Shown: piece after piece, positions 38,496-48,948 of the stretch
Position numbering within the stretch: position 1 is the first letter of the stretch
Layout: every line of letters begins with the position of its first letter
IMG/VR virus record: IMGVR_UViG_3300034117_002447
Location: 186,001 to 250,000 of that record
DNA length: 64,000 nt
Direction: 5' to 3' (one strand)
Notes under the pieces: model-generated
Database searches by the model: none
Seen by the model: the letters and a program-made list of their open reading frames with translations, nothing else
What the model was told of the DNA's origin: nothing
Made by a program: the position numbers and the translations under genes

Positions 38496-41400
38496 TAAAT
38501 GAACTTAATTTTTATTTTTGGAACTAATTTAACTCCAGTATTCGGTTTTATCAAAATCGATCCTTCAATTACATTAGATTTGGTATTATTTATTCGGACT
38601 GATCGAATTAAGTCGTAACCTAAGTCTCCGAGTAAATCATACTCAACCGATTCGAATGAAACTAAGTTATTATTGATCGTTCTATCATCTAATTCATAAA
38701 ATTCAAATGCTTCTACTTGATATAATTTTGTTAAGTTAGTTGAGCAATATTGAGATAAGTATTCTTCAAATGTAAGCTGATCTAGGAATACTGGGTCTGT
38801 TGTAATTTGAGAACCGTTTGAATATTTAAAGAACTTTAAAAATTGGTCACGAAGTCCGTTATTTGATAAGTGCTTAGTTATTAAATCTGGTATATTTAAT
38901 TTGAATTTAATCTCAGTTGCAAATTGAGAATACACAATATTTGCTTGAGTAGCGGACGATGCTAAAAAGTCAGTATTGTTTAATTCAATTGAAGTAAAGT
39001 CTTCCATTATGAATTGCATAGGAACATTTAATAACTTGGAAATAAATGAATAATCTTCAGTAACTCGACGTGTTCCTGGAACCTTTACGTAATCTGTTTT
39101 ATTAGAGTATTCGAAATGATATCCGTAATCCCAACTCGAAGATAACATATTAAAGTCAGTTCGACTAATCGGAGTCTCTCCGATATATGGATAAACGGAT
39201 GAGTATTTTTGACTGTTTTCAAGATCAAGAATTGAAGATTTTGAGTATTTCACAAATTCATAGTCCTTTATAATAAAGAAATTATCGACGTATGGATTTA
39301 GGCAAACATTTGCTCCATGTAAAATATTATCATTTATTGAAAATTCATATTTGAATCCAGCTACAGGTTTTGTCAATACTTCATATTCGGAAGAATATCG
39401 GTTGACAGAATACTCTTGAGATGGGACTTCTGAATAAGCGAATCCAGCCACTCCATTAATTTGACCTGAGTTAACTTCAACTTGGTCAAGTTTTACAATT
39501 GTCGATTTATTAATTTGGTCAGCTTGTACAATTTCAATCGCCATTGTTTTGTATGGAGTTAATATTCCATCAGTATACGACTCCCAACTAATAACGCCTT
39601 GACTCTTTTCAGTTAAGTTTAAAAATTTAGCGAATGATAAATTTTCAAATACTTTTTCAAAATATTTTACTCCACCGAATATTTGGAATTGATTAATGTC
39701 TTCTATCCAATATGAAGTTGTGTTATTTGGCACTGGGTTTGCTGAATATACGTATTGTACTAAATCGCCAAGCCCAGTTGGGAGTGGAATGATTGTGTAT
39801 GGTTGTCCGCTGATATTGGTGATATTAACGACATCTTGTAGAGCACCATCTACTCCATCAATCGTTAAGGCTGAATTGCCTAGTGCTGCGGTCGTTACGG
39901 ATACACCGGCTGCAAGTTTAAGAAGCACGCTTTTTTCACCCGCTTTAATTATATAAAGAGGTGCAAAATCATTACTAATTCGATTTATTTCAGAATCAGC
40001 TAATGCGTCATAACTTTCTAAGCCTGGAAGTAATGATGTGCGTATTGACTCGATAACTAGAGTTGATGGATTTAAGTTAAGGCCGCTCGCGGATAAATTA
40101 ACTCCCCTAGACAGTTTAATGGTGGAATATGCAGTAGCTTTAGTGTTATACTTTTTATCCTTTGCATAGTAAAGGAATGAGTGAGTTAAATTAGAAACGC
40201 TGTTTGAGTTAAAGGATATTCGATAGTCTCCAAAAAGAGAATCCATGTAAGATACTTTATGATACACTGAGAAAGTGCTGTTTTGAGTTGGCACTGACCA
40301 GTCGGCTCTAAATAATATAGGTTCGTCATACGACGCTGATCCTAACGATCCGCTTATGTACGTTACGTCAAAATCGTATACTCCATTACTTGATGAAAGT
40401 GTGGATGGATCTACCTCGTACACAGCTTCATTGTATACGATACTTGAAATATCGCTATAAATTAAACTAAATCGAGTATTAGTTGATAATAATTCGTCAA
40501 GTATTTCTGTTTGGTTAATACCACCACCATCATTAAACTGGAAATATCCAGTTACAGATTGAGCTGGAGTAGCTGAGGTGCTTGATAATGCAAAATGAGT
40601 AACCGTTGCCCCGATTGGATCATCGTCTGCAATAATCGTACCTACTATTCCGGAAACTTGGTTTACCCATGCATCTTCGAATACTCCCTGGATTCTAACG
40701 CCTGAGTATACTCCACTTGTTAATATAATTGGCGTAGACTGATCGACTTTTGCATAAATTCGAGTTCCTAATTTATCACCAGTAGAAATTAGTGAATTAC
40801 TAACAGCCTCGTATACTGGAGACCCTAATGTTGCTAATATCGTTGACTTATTTCCATATACGACTTGTATTGTGTCGCCTGGACTTGCTGAGATGGCAGA
40901 ACTTCCGGAAATTAGGTTATTGTACTCAAGCAATGACGCTGCTGTAATTTCTTGGTCAATTTGGTAATTTACCGGAGAAGACATAACTGAACCGGTGAAT
41001 AGATTAGCTTGCGTTACTTGGTCGTTTGTACCAGCTGACCAATTACTAGATAAAATAGTTTCAGGTAATAGCTCTTTATGTCCCAATACTAATTCAATAA
41101 CCACAGTAATCGATTTTGAATTAGTGTTCTCAATTACTCGATATTTAACAGGTTGTCTATTAATAGTAGGATCTTCCTTAACCGGTTTTAATATTACGCT
41201 AAACTTATAATCTTCAAATCGTAGAGTATCTGAAACAGCTGAGCCGTTTTGAGCTAACTCATAAAATCTAAACATTGCCCCTTTAAAAAGAGTCTCATAC
41301 TGTTTATTAAACTGATTTTTATTAAGAATCGAATATCTATACTGAGGTCTAGCTATTTGAATTGAATTAATAACCGGCACATACGTAAAATATTGCTCAA

Positions 41401-44400
41401 AGTAATTAGAATCAGAAATTAGTGAGTTTATATTTAAGTTTTCATTAAAATACGAATAATTATTTCTAATTGATTTAATATCATCTGAGTATCCAAAGTC
41501 CGACTCTATATAAAACCACTCATGTGTCATTTTCTCAGGGGTAGGAGAAGTCTCTCTATGAGATGGCCCAAAATTGTCTTTTCCAAATAACAAGTCTGAG
41601 TTTAGTCGGTATGGATTATCTCGACTATCACTAGAGTCTGCAATTCCCCATTTAGCAATGTATGGAATTACCCGACCATCTGTTGCAAAATCAGAAATGA
41701 AATTTTCCAAGTTTGCATGATACTCACTAGATAAACTGCCAGACAAAAACTTTTCACGATACGGATATGTAGCTAAACTCGTAGAGGCTGACGTATGATC
41801 CGCTTTTAAGCTGAATGGGCCTATATAGTCAAATGCGTCCTCGGTCTCGTCAAAGTAAGGAATATCGAGACGATTACTAAAGGCTGAATCTCCTGGGTCA
41901 AGCGTAGTTAGCGGCAATTTATTTCCATATATTAGGATAACGTCGCCGTCTATATTTTCAAAGTATGAAATTAAATCAGTATTTTGCCATATTAAATTAC
42001 GTTCGCCACTTGCTGCAATATCAGTAGAATCGTAGATTGTTCCGTTTATTGAAATTGCACCGGTACCTATTGCTTTATACGTATACTTAGTAAAGTCAAG
42101 GACCTTTGCTCCAGCTGGAATGTAAAAATCTTTATATAAGTCAATTAGTAAATTTCTAGAATAGTCACTAGAATAAGTTGAGAAATTAAAATCCATTGTC
42201 TCAAATATGGAAAGAACTCCTACGGTTGGTCTAAATAATTTACGAATTTCAATTTTTCCGTATTTGACATTAACTGTCTCGTCGTCAGTTAACTGAATGG
42301 TTGCCTTTGTGTTAAAATTAGAAATTGCTGATAGCTTAGCATCACTAGATAACCCATTAGTAATTAAGTCAGAGGCGTTGCATAATCGACTAATGCTTGA
42401 CCAGTTTTGATCAGTTTTAATTACTAGAGTATCTAGTAATTGAGTTAACTTGGAAATATTTCCAATATCAATTATTGCATGGGATTTATTTAAAAATCCA
42501 CCATCTGCGTAAACAATATCAGTAGTTACTGAATTATTTAATTTGACAAAATTGTAACTACTTGAAACTGGAAGAACTTTAACTTTTAATTCACCGTATG
42601 CATCTCCGAATCGATTTGTTTGTAGAAACGATGTAGTGTTTAAAGTTACTCCACTAATTGATGTATTATTTAGAATATCTGAGATATCGGATATTGATTG
42701 TGCGATTTGATCGAGATCACGGTCGCCATTAACGTAGATAGTTGATATCCCTGCTGAATAGGCTAAAGTATACGGTGTAGTAATAGGTAAATAATTTCGA
42801 GTAAATACAAGCTCATCGTATTTTCCATTTAGGTCTAGTGAATCAATAACTGATCCACTTGGGTGGTAGATTCGAATTTTATCTAAGTGGTTTGGCTTTG
42901 AAATAATTTCAATTGATATAGTTGATTTAGAGTCTTTCGTTGAAATCTCTGCAATCTCTTGAGTAACTAATTCTTTTGGGCCAAATGTTAAACCTAAATC
43001 AAATGAAGTATTGTCTATTTTAAAGTCAACAATACTACCAGATTGATTCCAATCTTCTGAATTTATTAAGTGAATATCTCCGTCTTTTGTTTTTAAGTAT
43101 GGAAAGAATAATGTGTCTTTTGATGTACGGTTATTAGTTAGATCAGATAAGTCTTGCGTAAGATTCATACCTCTTAGTTTAACCCCAGTTGGATTAGTTA
43201 ATAAAAATGATATGTCATCTGTTTGTTTATAGTTGATTGGTATCAACTGATCATTATCGATTCCAACATTTGCTAAATTAAGCAGTCCTCCAGTTGTAAC
43301 TTCCTGAAATTTAGTAAATCCTCCAGCTACATAAATATGAGATTCATCATGAACCACTATATCAGTAACGGATTGAGGACTAAGGCCGGTTGAAGTATTA
43401 AATGAAAAATCAAGTTCTCCATTTTTAAATATTCTAGCAATTCCTCTAGCTGGAACTCCTTTATATGACGTGAATGCTCCACCTATGTAAAAATTTCCAT
43501 TTAAGTCTAGTGATATTTTAGAAATGGTGCCATTTGCTCCAGTTTGATAATTAAATGCTAGATCGATTGCACCAGCCTCAGTTAATTTAATTAATCGATT
43601 AACTGTATTTGAATTATAACTGGTGAATCCACCGGCTACATAAACTTCGCCTACTTCGTCTAACACAATATCATTTACAGTAGAGACATTATTGAAACCA
43701 GTTCCATATACAAAAGTTGAATCGATAGTGGCGGTGTTCGTTAACTGAACAATGCCGTTTGCGGTGGTTCCTTTGTAGCTAGTAAAATCCCCAATTACAA
43801 TAACTTTATTCGAGGAATTTACTATTAGTTTCTTAACTAGTCCGGCGCCTCCACTAAATCCAGTAGAGCCGACATCAAACGACGAGTCAGCGACTCCGTC
43901 TAAATTAATTTTAACTAGTCCAACTGATGGTAATACATCTCCACTATTTGTGTATTCGGTAAAAGTACCTCCAACGTAAATGTCCTGTGATGGAGTTATG
44001 TGGATTGTACGTACAGTTGAGTCAAATGAAAAATCAGTCGATTCGATTGAACCGTCTGTATTTAATTTTATAAAATTGCTAATTGGTGTTCCATTATACG
44101 ATAGCATTTCTCCACCAACGTATACTTTTCCAAATTTATCAAGTTCAATTGATTCAACTTTAGCTGGGGAAAAACCACTTCCGTAATGAAATGAAAAGTC
44201 AATTTCGCCAGTTGAGTTAAGACGGATTATTCCATTTGCTGGATATCCATTATAACTAGTGAATGTTCCACCAATATACATTTTATCGGTAGCTGGATCA
44301 ACTGTTATTGTTTTAACTGTGCCTCCACCTATTTCTGAACTAGCAAGAGCAGTTGATATGTCTATTGAATCTGATGCTGTGATTTTTGAATTAAACATTG

Positions 44401-45328
44401 CAGTTAAGTCAATATCAAATGTTTCTAAATCAATATCGTTGCAATAGAATCCAAAATACCTATTAAATTCGTAAGGGTTAGACGTATCGTCATTAAATAA
44501 AAATTCCAGATTTAAAATACTAGGGTGAACTATATTATTTCTCTCAAATCCTTGAGTTATAAATTGCTCAACTTTTAATAATGGAAGAGCTCTAGTTAAG
44601 ACCGTACTTAATTGCTCAGGAAGTTCAACGTATGTTCCAGTTTTAATAGAAGGACCTCGGTATATCGAAAACCCGTCCGCTTTATAATTAACATAAAGTG
44701 GATTTTTTGTAAACATTGGATTCTTCTTTATGTTTTCCAAGTATTTTCCTATCTTGGAAGTAGGCCCCATGTCAAATACTTTAACGACGGTCGCATTTTT
44801 AAATAAGTCAGTTGCGAAATCCTCAGGTTTAACAATACCGTCTAGGTCCTTTCCTTGGCCAGCTGTATAGTTAGAAGGCCCAGGAACTTTAAATATTACG
44901 AATTTAGTCGGAATGATTTGGTCTACGTATAATGGAGCTAAGTAAGTAAATTTCTCAGAGTATTGTCTACTTGATAAGTACTTCGCGCCACTTGTATACA
45001 AGTCAAAGTCATATTGATCTTTTAGATCTTTAGCTGTCGCGGTTTTCCCAATAGTTGAACCAACTTCATAGGCAATAGTGGATGGAGTTTTTCCATTATC
45101 ATAGAACTTATATAAATTAACTTCATGGCTTGAATTCTCATTTATTGAGAATCGTTTGTATTTTTGATTCGCTAATTTTTCGTTAGCGTCAATTGAATTA
45201 AACCACAGATCTCCAACTGAATCAACGGTTAACTTTAAATTAGTTGTTAATTTAGGGTTAGTTCGTAATAATTGAAAACTGACATTTCTCTCAGCTAATT
45301 GAGTGTATGTTAAATTTGGATTCGCCAC
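38495..45328 (-). CDS. 2277-aa virion/baseplate-associated protein with a delta-60 (DUF5122-type) beta-propeller repeat region
   Basis: About 6-7 repeats of (Y/I)xGGxFTxY...xxxLxxxGxxDxxF at about 43270-44330; TAATG overlap with the next gene. Confidence 0.7.
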   Translation of the reverse strand: MANPNLTYTQLAERNVSFQLLRTNPKLTTNLKLTVDSVGDLWFNSIDANEKLANQKYKRFSINENSSHEVNLYKFYDNGKTPSTIAYEVGSTIGKTATAKDLKDQYDFDLYTSGAKYLSSRQYSEKFTYLAPLYVDQIIPTKFVIFKVPGPSNYTAGQGKDLDGIVKPEDFATDLFKNATVVKVFDMGPTSKIGKYLENIKKNPMFTKNPLYVNYKADGFSIYRGPSIKTGTYVELPEQLSTVLTRALPLLKVEQFITQGFERNNIVHPSILNLEFLFNDDTSNPYEFNRYFGFYCNDIDLETFDIDLTAMFNSKITASDSIDISTALASSEIGGGTVKTITVDPATDKMYIGGTFTSYNGYPANGIIRLNSTGEIDFSFHYGSGFSPAKVESIELDKFGKVYVGGEMLSYNGTPISNFIKLNTDGSIESTDFSFDSTVRTIHITPSQDIYVGGTFTEYTNSGDVLPSVGLVKINLDGVADSSFDVGSTGFSGGAGLVKKLIVNSSNKVIVIGDFTSYKGTTANGIVQLTNTATIDSTFVYGTGFNNVSTVNDIVLDEVGEVYVAGGFTSYNSNTVNRLIKLTEAGAIDLAFNYQTGANGTISKISLDLNGNFYIGGAFTSYKGVPARGIARIFKNGELDFSFNTSTGLSPQSVTDIVVHDESHIYVAGGFTKFQEVTTGGLLNLANVGIDNDQLIPINYKQTDDISFLLTNPTGVKLRGMNLTQDLSDLTNNRTSKDTLFFPYLKTKDGDIHLINSEDWNQSGSIVDFKIDNTSFDLGLTFGPKELVTQEIAEISTKDSKSTISIEIISKPNHLDKIRIYHPSGSVIDSLDLNGKYDELVFTRNYLPITTPYTLAYSAGISTIYVNGDRDLDQIAQSISDISDILNNTSISGVTLNTTSFLQTNRFGDAYGELKVKVLPVSSSYNFVKLNNSVTTDIVYADGGFLNKSHAIIDIGNISKLTQLLDTLVIKTDQNWSSISRLCNASDLITNGLSSDAKLSAISNFNTKATIQLTDDETVNVKYGKIEIRKLFRPTVGVLSIFETMDFNFSTYSSDYSRNLLIDLYKDFYIPAGAKVLDFTKYTYKAIGTGAISINGTIYDSTDIAASGERNLIWQNTDLISYFENIDGDVILIYGNKLPLTTLDPGDSAFSNRLDIPYFDETEDAFDYIGPFSLKADHTSASTSLATYPYREKFLSGSLSSEYHANLENFISDFATDGRVIPYIAKWGIADSSDSRDNPYRLNSDLLFGKDNFGPSHRETSPTPEKMTHEWFYIESDFGYSDDIKSIRNNYSYFNENLNINSLISDSNYFEQYFTYVPVINSIQIARPQYRYSILNKNQFNKQYETLFKGAMFRFYELAQNGSAVSDTLRFEDYKFSVILKPVKEDPTINRQPVKYRVIENTNSKSITVVIELVLGHKELLPETILSSNWSAGTNDQVTQANLFTGSVMSSPVNYQIDQEITAASLLEYNNLISGSSAISASPGDTIQVVYGNKSTILATLGSPVYEAVSNSLISTGDKLGTRIYAKVDQSTPIILTSGVYSGVRIQGVFEDAWVNQVSGIVGTIIADDDPIGATVTHFALSSTSATPAQSVTGYFQFNDGGGINQTEILDELLSTNTRFSLIYSDISSIVYNEAVYEVDPSTLSSSNGVYDFDVTYISGSLGSASYDEPILFRADWSVPTQNSTFSVYHKVSYMDSLFGDYRISFNSNSVSNLTHSFLYYAKDKKYNTKATAYSTIKLSRGVNLSASGLNLNPSTLVIESIRTSLLPGLESYDALADSEINRISNDFAPLYIIKAGEKSVLLKLAAGVSVTTAALGNSALTIDGVDGALQDVVNITNISGQPYTIIPLPTGLGDLVQYVYSANPVPNNTTSYWIEDINQFQIFGGVKYFEKVFENLSFAKFLNLTEKSQGVISWESYTDGILTPYKTMAIEIVQADQINKSTIVKLDQVEVNSGQINGVAGFAYSEVPSQEYSVNRYSSEYEVLTKPVAGFKYEFSINDNILHGANVCLNPYVDNFFIIKDYEFVKYSKSSILDLENSQKYSSVYPYIGETPISRTDFNMLSSSWDYGYHFEYSNKTDYVKVPGTRRVTEDYSFISKLLNVPMQFIMEDFTSIELNNTDFLASSATQANIVYSQFATEIKFKLNIPDLITKHLSNNGLRDQFLKFFKYSNGSQITTDPVFLDQLTFEEYLSQYCSTNLTKLYQVEAFEFYELDDRTINNNLVSFESVEYDLLGDLGYDLIRSVRINNTKSNVIEGSILIKPNTGVKLVPKIKIKFI

Positions 45329-45343
45329 TATTTAATTTTTATT

Positions 45344-48300
45344 TTAAGCAGAAGCACTTATCCCAGTTGAGTTAATCGATAATTGACTTACTGGAGTAAC
45401 TACTGCTGTTTCTTTCTCGTATTGTGTTTTAACAGTTACATCAAATGAGAAAACTGAATTTAATGAGTAAATATCAATTCCTATTTTCTTAGAGTACTTA
45501 ACATTTTTTAATCCAGCTGGAACAGCTGAACGCCATCCGCCTACATAGCCTAGGGCATCAGATGCTCGGAATTGGAAGATTAATGGAATCTTAATTGCTG
45601 AGTCTGCTCCGAACTCCAACATTTTTTGTGAACCTGCTGGGCTTAATCCGTCTACTGATATATTAGCATGAGAAGATGGTGCAATTGATAAGTAAGCACC
45701 ACATGTGTACTTACCAATTAAGTAAGCGTCTTCTATTAAATATCCATTTTTTATAGGATATTGGTTTTCTCTCATGTTTGCACTTGTAACTGGGGCAGTA
45801 ACGTTTACTGGAGCAGCATCACTGTACACTGCTTGTTGGTAATGTAGTGCGCCGAACGCGTTTGTTCCCTCAGCTTCAGTTATCTCAGAGTGAATTGCTT
45901 GGCTAAACGGTAAATACAGTTGATTAGTTGCGCCAGTCGAATACGCTGGTCTAGCAATAGTCAATGTTGTATTATTCCAAGCGATATTGTATGCACCGCC
46001 TACTTTAATGTATGGGTGGTCTTTATGAATACAGAATTCGCTTAGTTTTCCTCCGCCGATTGGAGCTTGGTTTGCATCAAGAGTTCCATTCCAAACTTTA
46101 GGATTAGCACTAGTTGCATATCCTGGAATAGTGGTTAGAGTTGGGTTAAATGGTAAATAGTGTCCGTATACGTAAGGTACAGTTACTGCACTGACGGTTC
46201 TTCCATTATATGCATAATTTCCGGAAACGGCATTTGAATAAGTAACGCCGACTGCTAAATTATCTCCAGAGTACAGAGTATTTGCAAGAGTTACGTTTTT
46301 ATATCTAGAATAAACAAATTGGCTCTTTACTTGAGACGACTGGTATGCATCCTTTTGAATAAACGATCCTAATACTGAAGTAGTTGAATTGTTAATTGCA
46401 ATAGGAGCTGTGTCATATCTTAGGTTAGTATGATAATTTACCGTAGGGTAGGCAGTTGGATCAGATAGAGTTGCGGTTTCTCCAATTCCCCCGTTTAATG
46501 TTGAAATTAATTGAAGAGGAGTTTGTGAAGTATTTTGCAGTTGAATTAAGTATTGAACTGCTACTACTTTACCGTGGTTATATGCAACTGGAGTTACGCT
46601 AGTATCTTTGATTAAATCTTTGTAGTATCCAGCGAATAGTTCAAGGCTTTGACCGTTAGTTAAAGTCTTGGTATTACCTACTTGATCAACGATACTTACA
46701 GTTAATGCACCAGCACCAGTAGATAAGGCCGTCTGTACAGCGGAAAGAGAATCTGATATAGATTTCAATTTAGTGTATAGATCAACAATATTTCCATCAG
46801 TTGCAAAGAATCCACTTGCAATATCTTCTGATTTATGAGCGTAGTACTTATCTCTAGTAGTAAATGAAGTTCCTAAGTGAATGTCTAATCCCTTTGAGTT
46901 AAGCTCTTCTTGAAATGATATTTTAGTTTCTTCAGCAAATGCCTGTTGAGAAACAATTGTTGCATCTTCGGCAGTTTCGATATTTGCTGGAAATTCAACT
47001 AAAATACTATCAGACCATGCGGATTCAACTGGTGAATCAGGCCATCCAGCTTCAGATAAACTCTTTATTCTAATTTCAAGAACTTCTCCTTTTTTAATTG
47101 GAATATCTAATTGGTTTGAATTTACTTCGTTTGGATCAGAGATATTTTCATCTGCCCATTCATAGAATCCAGTCGCTGAATTATAAATTTTAGCTCTAGA
47201 CTTAGATTTGAATTCTGTCCATGGAGAAAATGCTCCAGTAACTTTATTTCCGCTTGCGTCAACAAACTCAAGTTGATCAGCAGGTTTAGTGCTTCCAGTT
47301 TTACTTAGTGTTCGATATGCTATTTTAAACTGAGCTACTTGTTGAACTCCATGTAAAGTAGTTCTAGGTTCAGGTATTGCCCAAAATCCTCTAACACTAT
47401 ACATTGGATTAGTTATAAAGCTGGGAGTTGATTTAATTGAGGTGGTAATATCTGAAATTAAACTTTGCTGACTTTTAGTCAAAGTCAATCGCTTATCCGC
47501 AAAATTAGTTAAGTCCTTTTGTAGTTTTAGTCGCTGTGCTTCATTTAATGAAGCGTTTGTGTTTAAATTAGCTCTAGTATCAGAAATCTGAGTATCAATT
47601 TCCCTAATTTGAGAAGAGGCTTGCTCTTTTGCTGAAATTTTTTGCTTAATACCTAACGTATTATCAGCGTCTTGAATGTGCTGATCAGTTTGAATAACTT
47701 TAAAATTTTCCGCAGCGATAGTTACGGTATTTGGAGTATCTCCTAGAGCTGAAGGTAATTTTTTCTCTTTAGCATAACTTAGGAATAACATACCGAAATC
47801 AGAAACGAATGTCTGGTAAAAATCAGTTAGCGTCATTTGTTTTCCGTTATTCATTGTAATCTGTAACTCATTGGTTAAGATTCCAAATCCTTGCGAAAAT
47901 TGATCAGTCGTGACGGCTAGTCGGTCGCTTATTGGTTTTAAGAAGATAATATTTCTTTCGTTATAACCTAGGTTTAATTGAACTAATGAAGACCTAGTTA
48001 AAATAGGTTTCATTCTTAGTTGGGCTGCGCCGACTGCTAATCCATCAACTCCAAAAGTATTTTCCAGAATAATGGTTTTTGAGTTTGAGTCAACTGACTT
48101 AATTTTATACTCTGAATTATTTGAGCTGATTAAGATATTTCCAGCCTGTAGAGTTTTTTCAACGTCTCCACTAGTTGCTAAACTTGTGTATTTTAAAGAG
48201 CTTAAACGATACTTACGAACCTGCTCAGTTAAAGTTTGTCCGCCAATTACGGCAGTAGATGAATCTTCTAAAATATCTAAAATATCAAATGTTCCCCTAA

Positions 48301-48943
48301 CTGTATTTGTTGCTGGCGGTAGAGTCAATTCGCTTGAATCTTCGAAATAATCGATAGCCCTAGTCCCTAAATCGCTAATTACTGCAGAATATGAAAGGTT
48401 ATTTATGCCTTTGTAATTTGTATCAAAATATGCAATTTCAGTAGCAGATGTTGAAGTAATGATCAATCGCCTAACTTCAAAACGGTTAATATCTGGATCA
48501 GTTGTTAAAGTTGCTGTGTCGATATTAATATACAATAATGGATTTAAGAATGATTCAAAAAACCAGTTAGTTTTGTAATTAAAACTTGAAGGTACGGCAA
48601 CTCCAGTATTAGTAACATTTTCTAGATCAGAGATTACTGAAGAAATATCTTTTAATTCAAATGTTCTAAGATTTCCATCTGCATCCTTTACTCCTAATTG
48701 ATTTGCATTGCCGCTTAGTAATTCAGTAATTTTAGCATCAAGGTTGGAAACTCTATTGTCTAGATAGGTAAATGACGGGATTGTGAACACTTGAGTAGAA
48801 CCGTCTTGTAAAGTTTGATTTACATTGACGCTTTTTGCGGTTGTGGAAAGTGATGTAGAAAGTTTTAATAAAAACTCCTGCATATTGTTAACATCAACTC
48901 CAAGTTCTGCTAAGTAATCCGTTAATGATGATTTGTCTGCCAT
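45344..48943 (-). CDS. Large virion structural protein (coiled coil plus FN3-like segment)
   Basis: 1199 aa; heptad segment EQASSQIREIDTQISDTRANL; EIRIKSLSEAGWPDSPVESAWS. Confidence 0.6.
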   Translation of the reverse strand: MADKSSLTDYLAELGVDVNNMQEFLLKLSTSLSTTAKSVNVNQTLQDGSTQVFTIPSFTYLDNRVSNLDAKITELLSGNANQLGVKDADGNLRTFELKDISSVISDLENVTNTGVAVPSSFNYKTNWFFESFLNPLLYINIDTATLTTDPDINRFEVRRLIITSTSATEIAYFDTNYKGINNLSYSAVISDLGTRAIDYFEDSSELTLPPATNTVRGTFDILDILEDSSTAVIGGQTLTEQVRKYRLSSLKYTSLATSGDVEKTLQAGNILISSNNSEYKIKSVDSNSKTIILENTFGVDGLAVGAAQLRMKPILTRSSLVQLNLGYNERNIIFLKPISDRLAVTTDQFSQGFGILTNELQITMNNGKQMTLTDFYQTFVSDFGMLFLSYAKEKKLPSALGDTPNTVTIAAENFKVIQTDQHIQDADNTLGIKQKISAKEQASSQIREIDTQISDTRANLNTNASLNEAQRLKLQKDLTNFADKRLTLTKSQQSLISDITTSIKSTPSFITNPMYSVRGFWAIPEPRTTLHGVQQVAQFKIAYRTLSKTGSTKPADQLEFVDASGNKVTGAFSPWTEFKSKSRAKIYNSATGFYEWADENISDPNEVNSNQLDIPIKKGEVLEIRIKSLSEAGWPDSPVESAWSDSILVEFPANIETAEDATIVSQQAFAEETKISFQEELNSKGLDIHLGTSFTTRDKYYAHKSEDIASGFFATDGNIVDLYTKLKSISDSLSAVQTALSTGAGALTVSIVDQVGNTKTLTNGQSLELFAGYYKDLIKDTSVTPVAYNHGKVVAVQYLIQLQNTSQTPLQLISTLNGGIGETATLSDPTAYPTVNYHTNLRYDTAPIAINNSTTSVLGSFIQKDAYQSSQVKSQFVYSRYKNVTLANTLYSGDNLAVGVTYSNAVSGNYAYNGRTVSAVTVPYVYGHYLPFNPTLTTIPGYATSANPKVWNGTLDANQAPIGGGKLSEFCIHKDHPYIKVGGAYNIAWNNTTLTIARPAYSTGATNQLYLPFSQAIHSEITEAEGTNAFGALHYQQAVYSDAAPVNVTAPVTSANMRENQYPIKNGYLIEDAYLIGKYTCGAYLSIAPSSHANISVDGLSPAGSQKMLEFGADSAIKIPLIFQFRASDALGYVGGWRSAVPAGLKNVKYSKKIGIDIYSLNSVFSFDVTVKTQYEKETAVVTPVSQLSINSTGISASA

Positions 48944-48948
48944 TTAGT

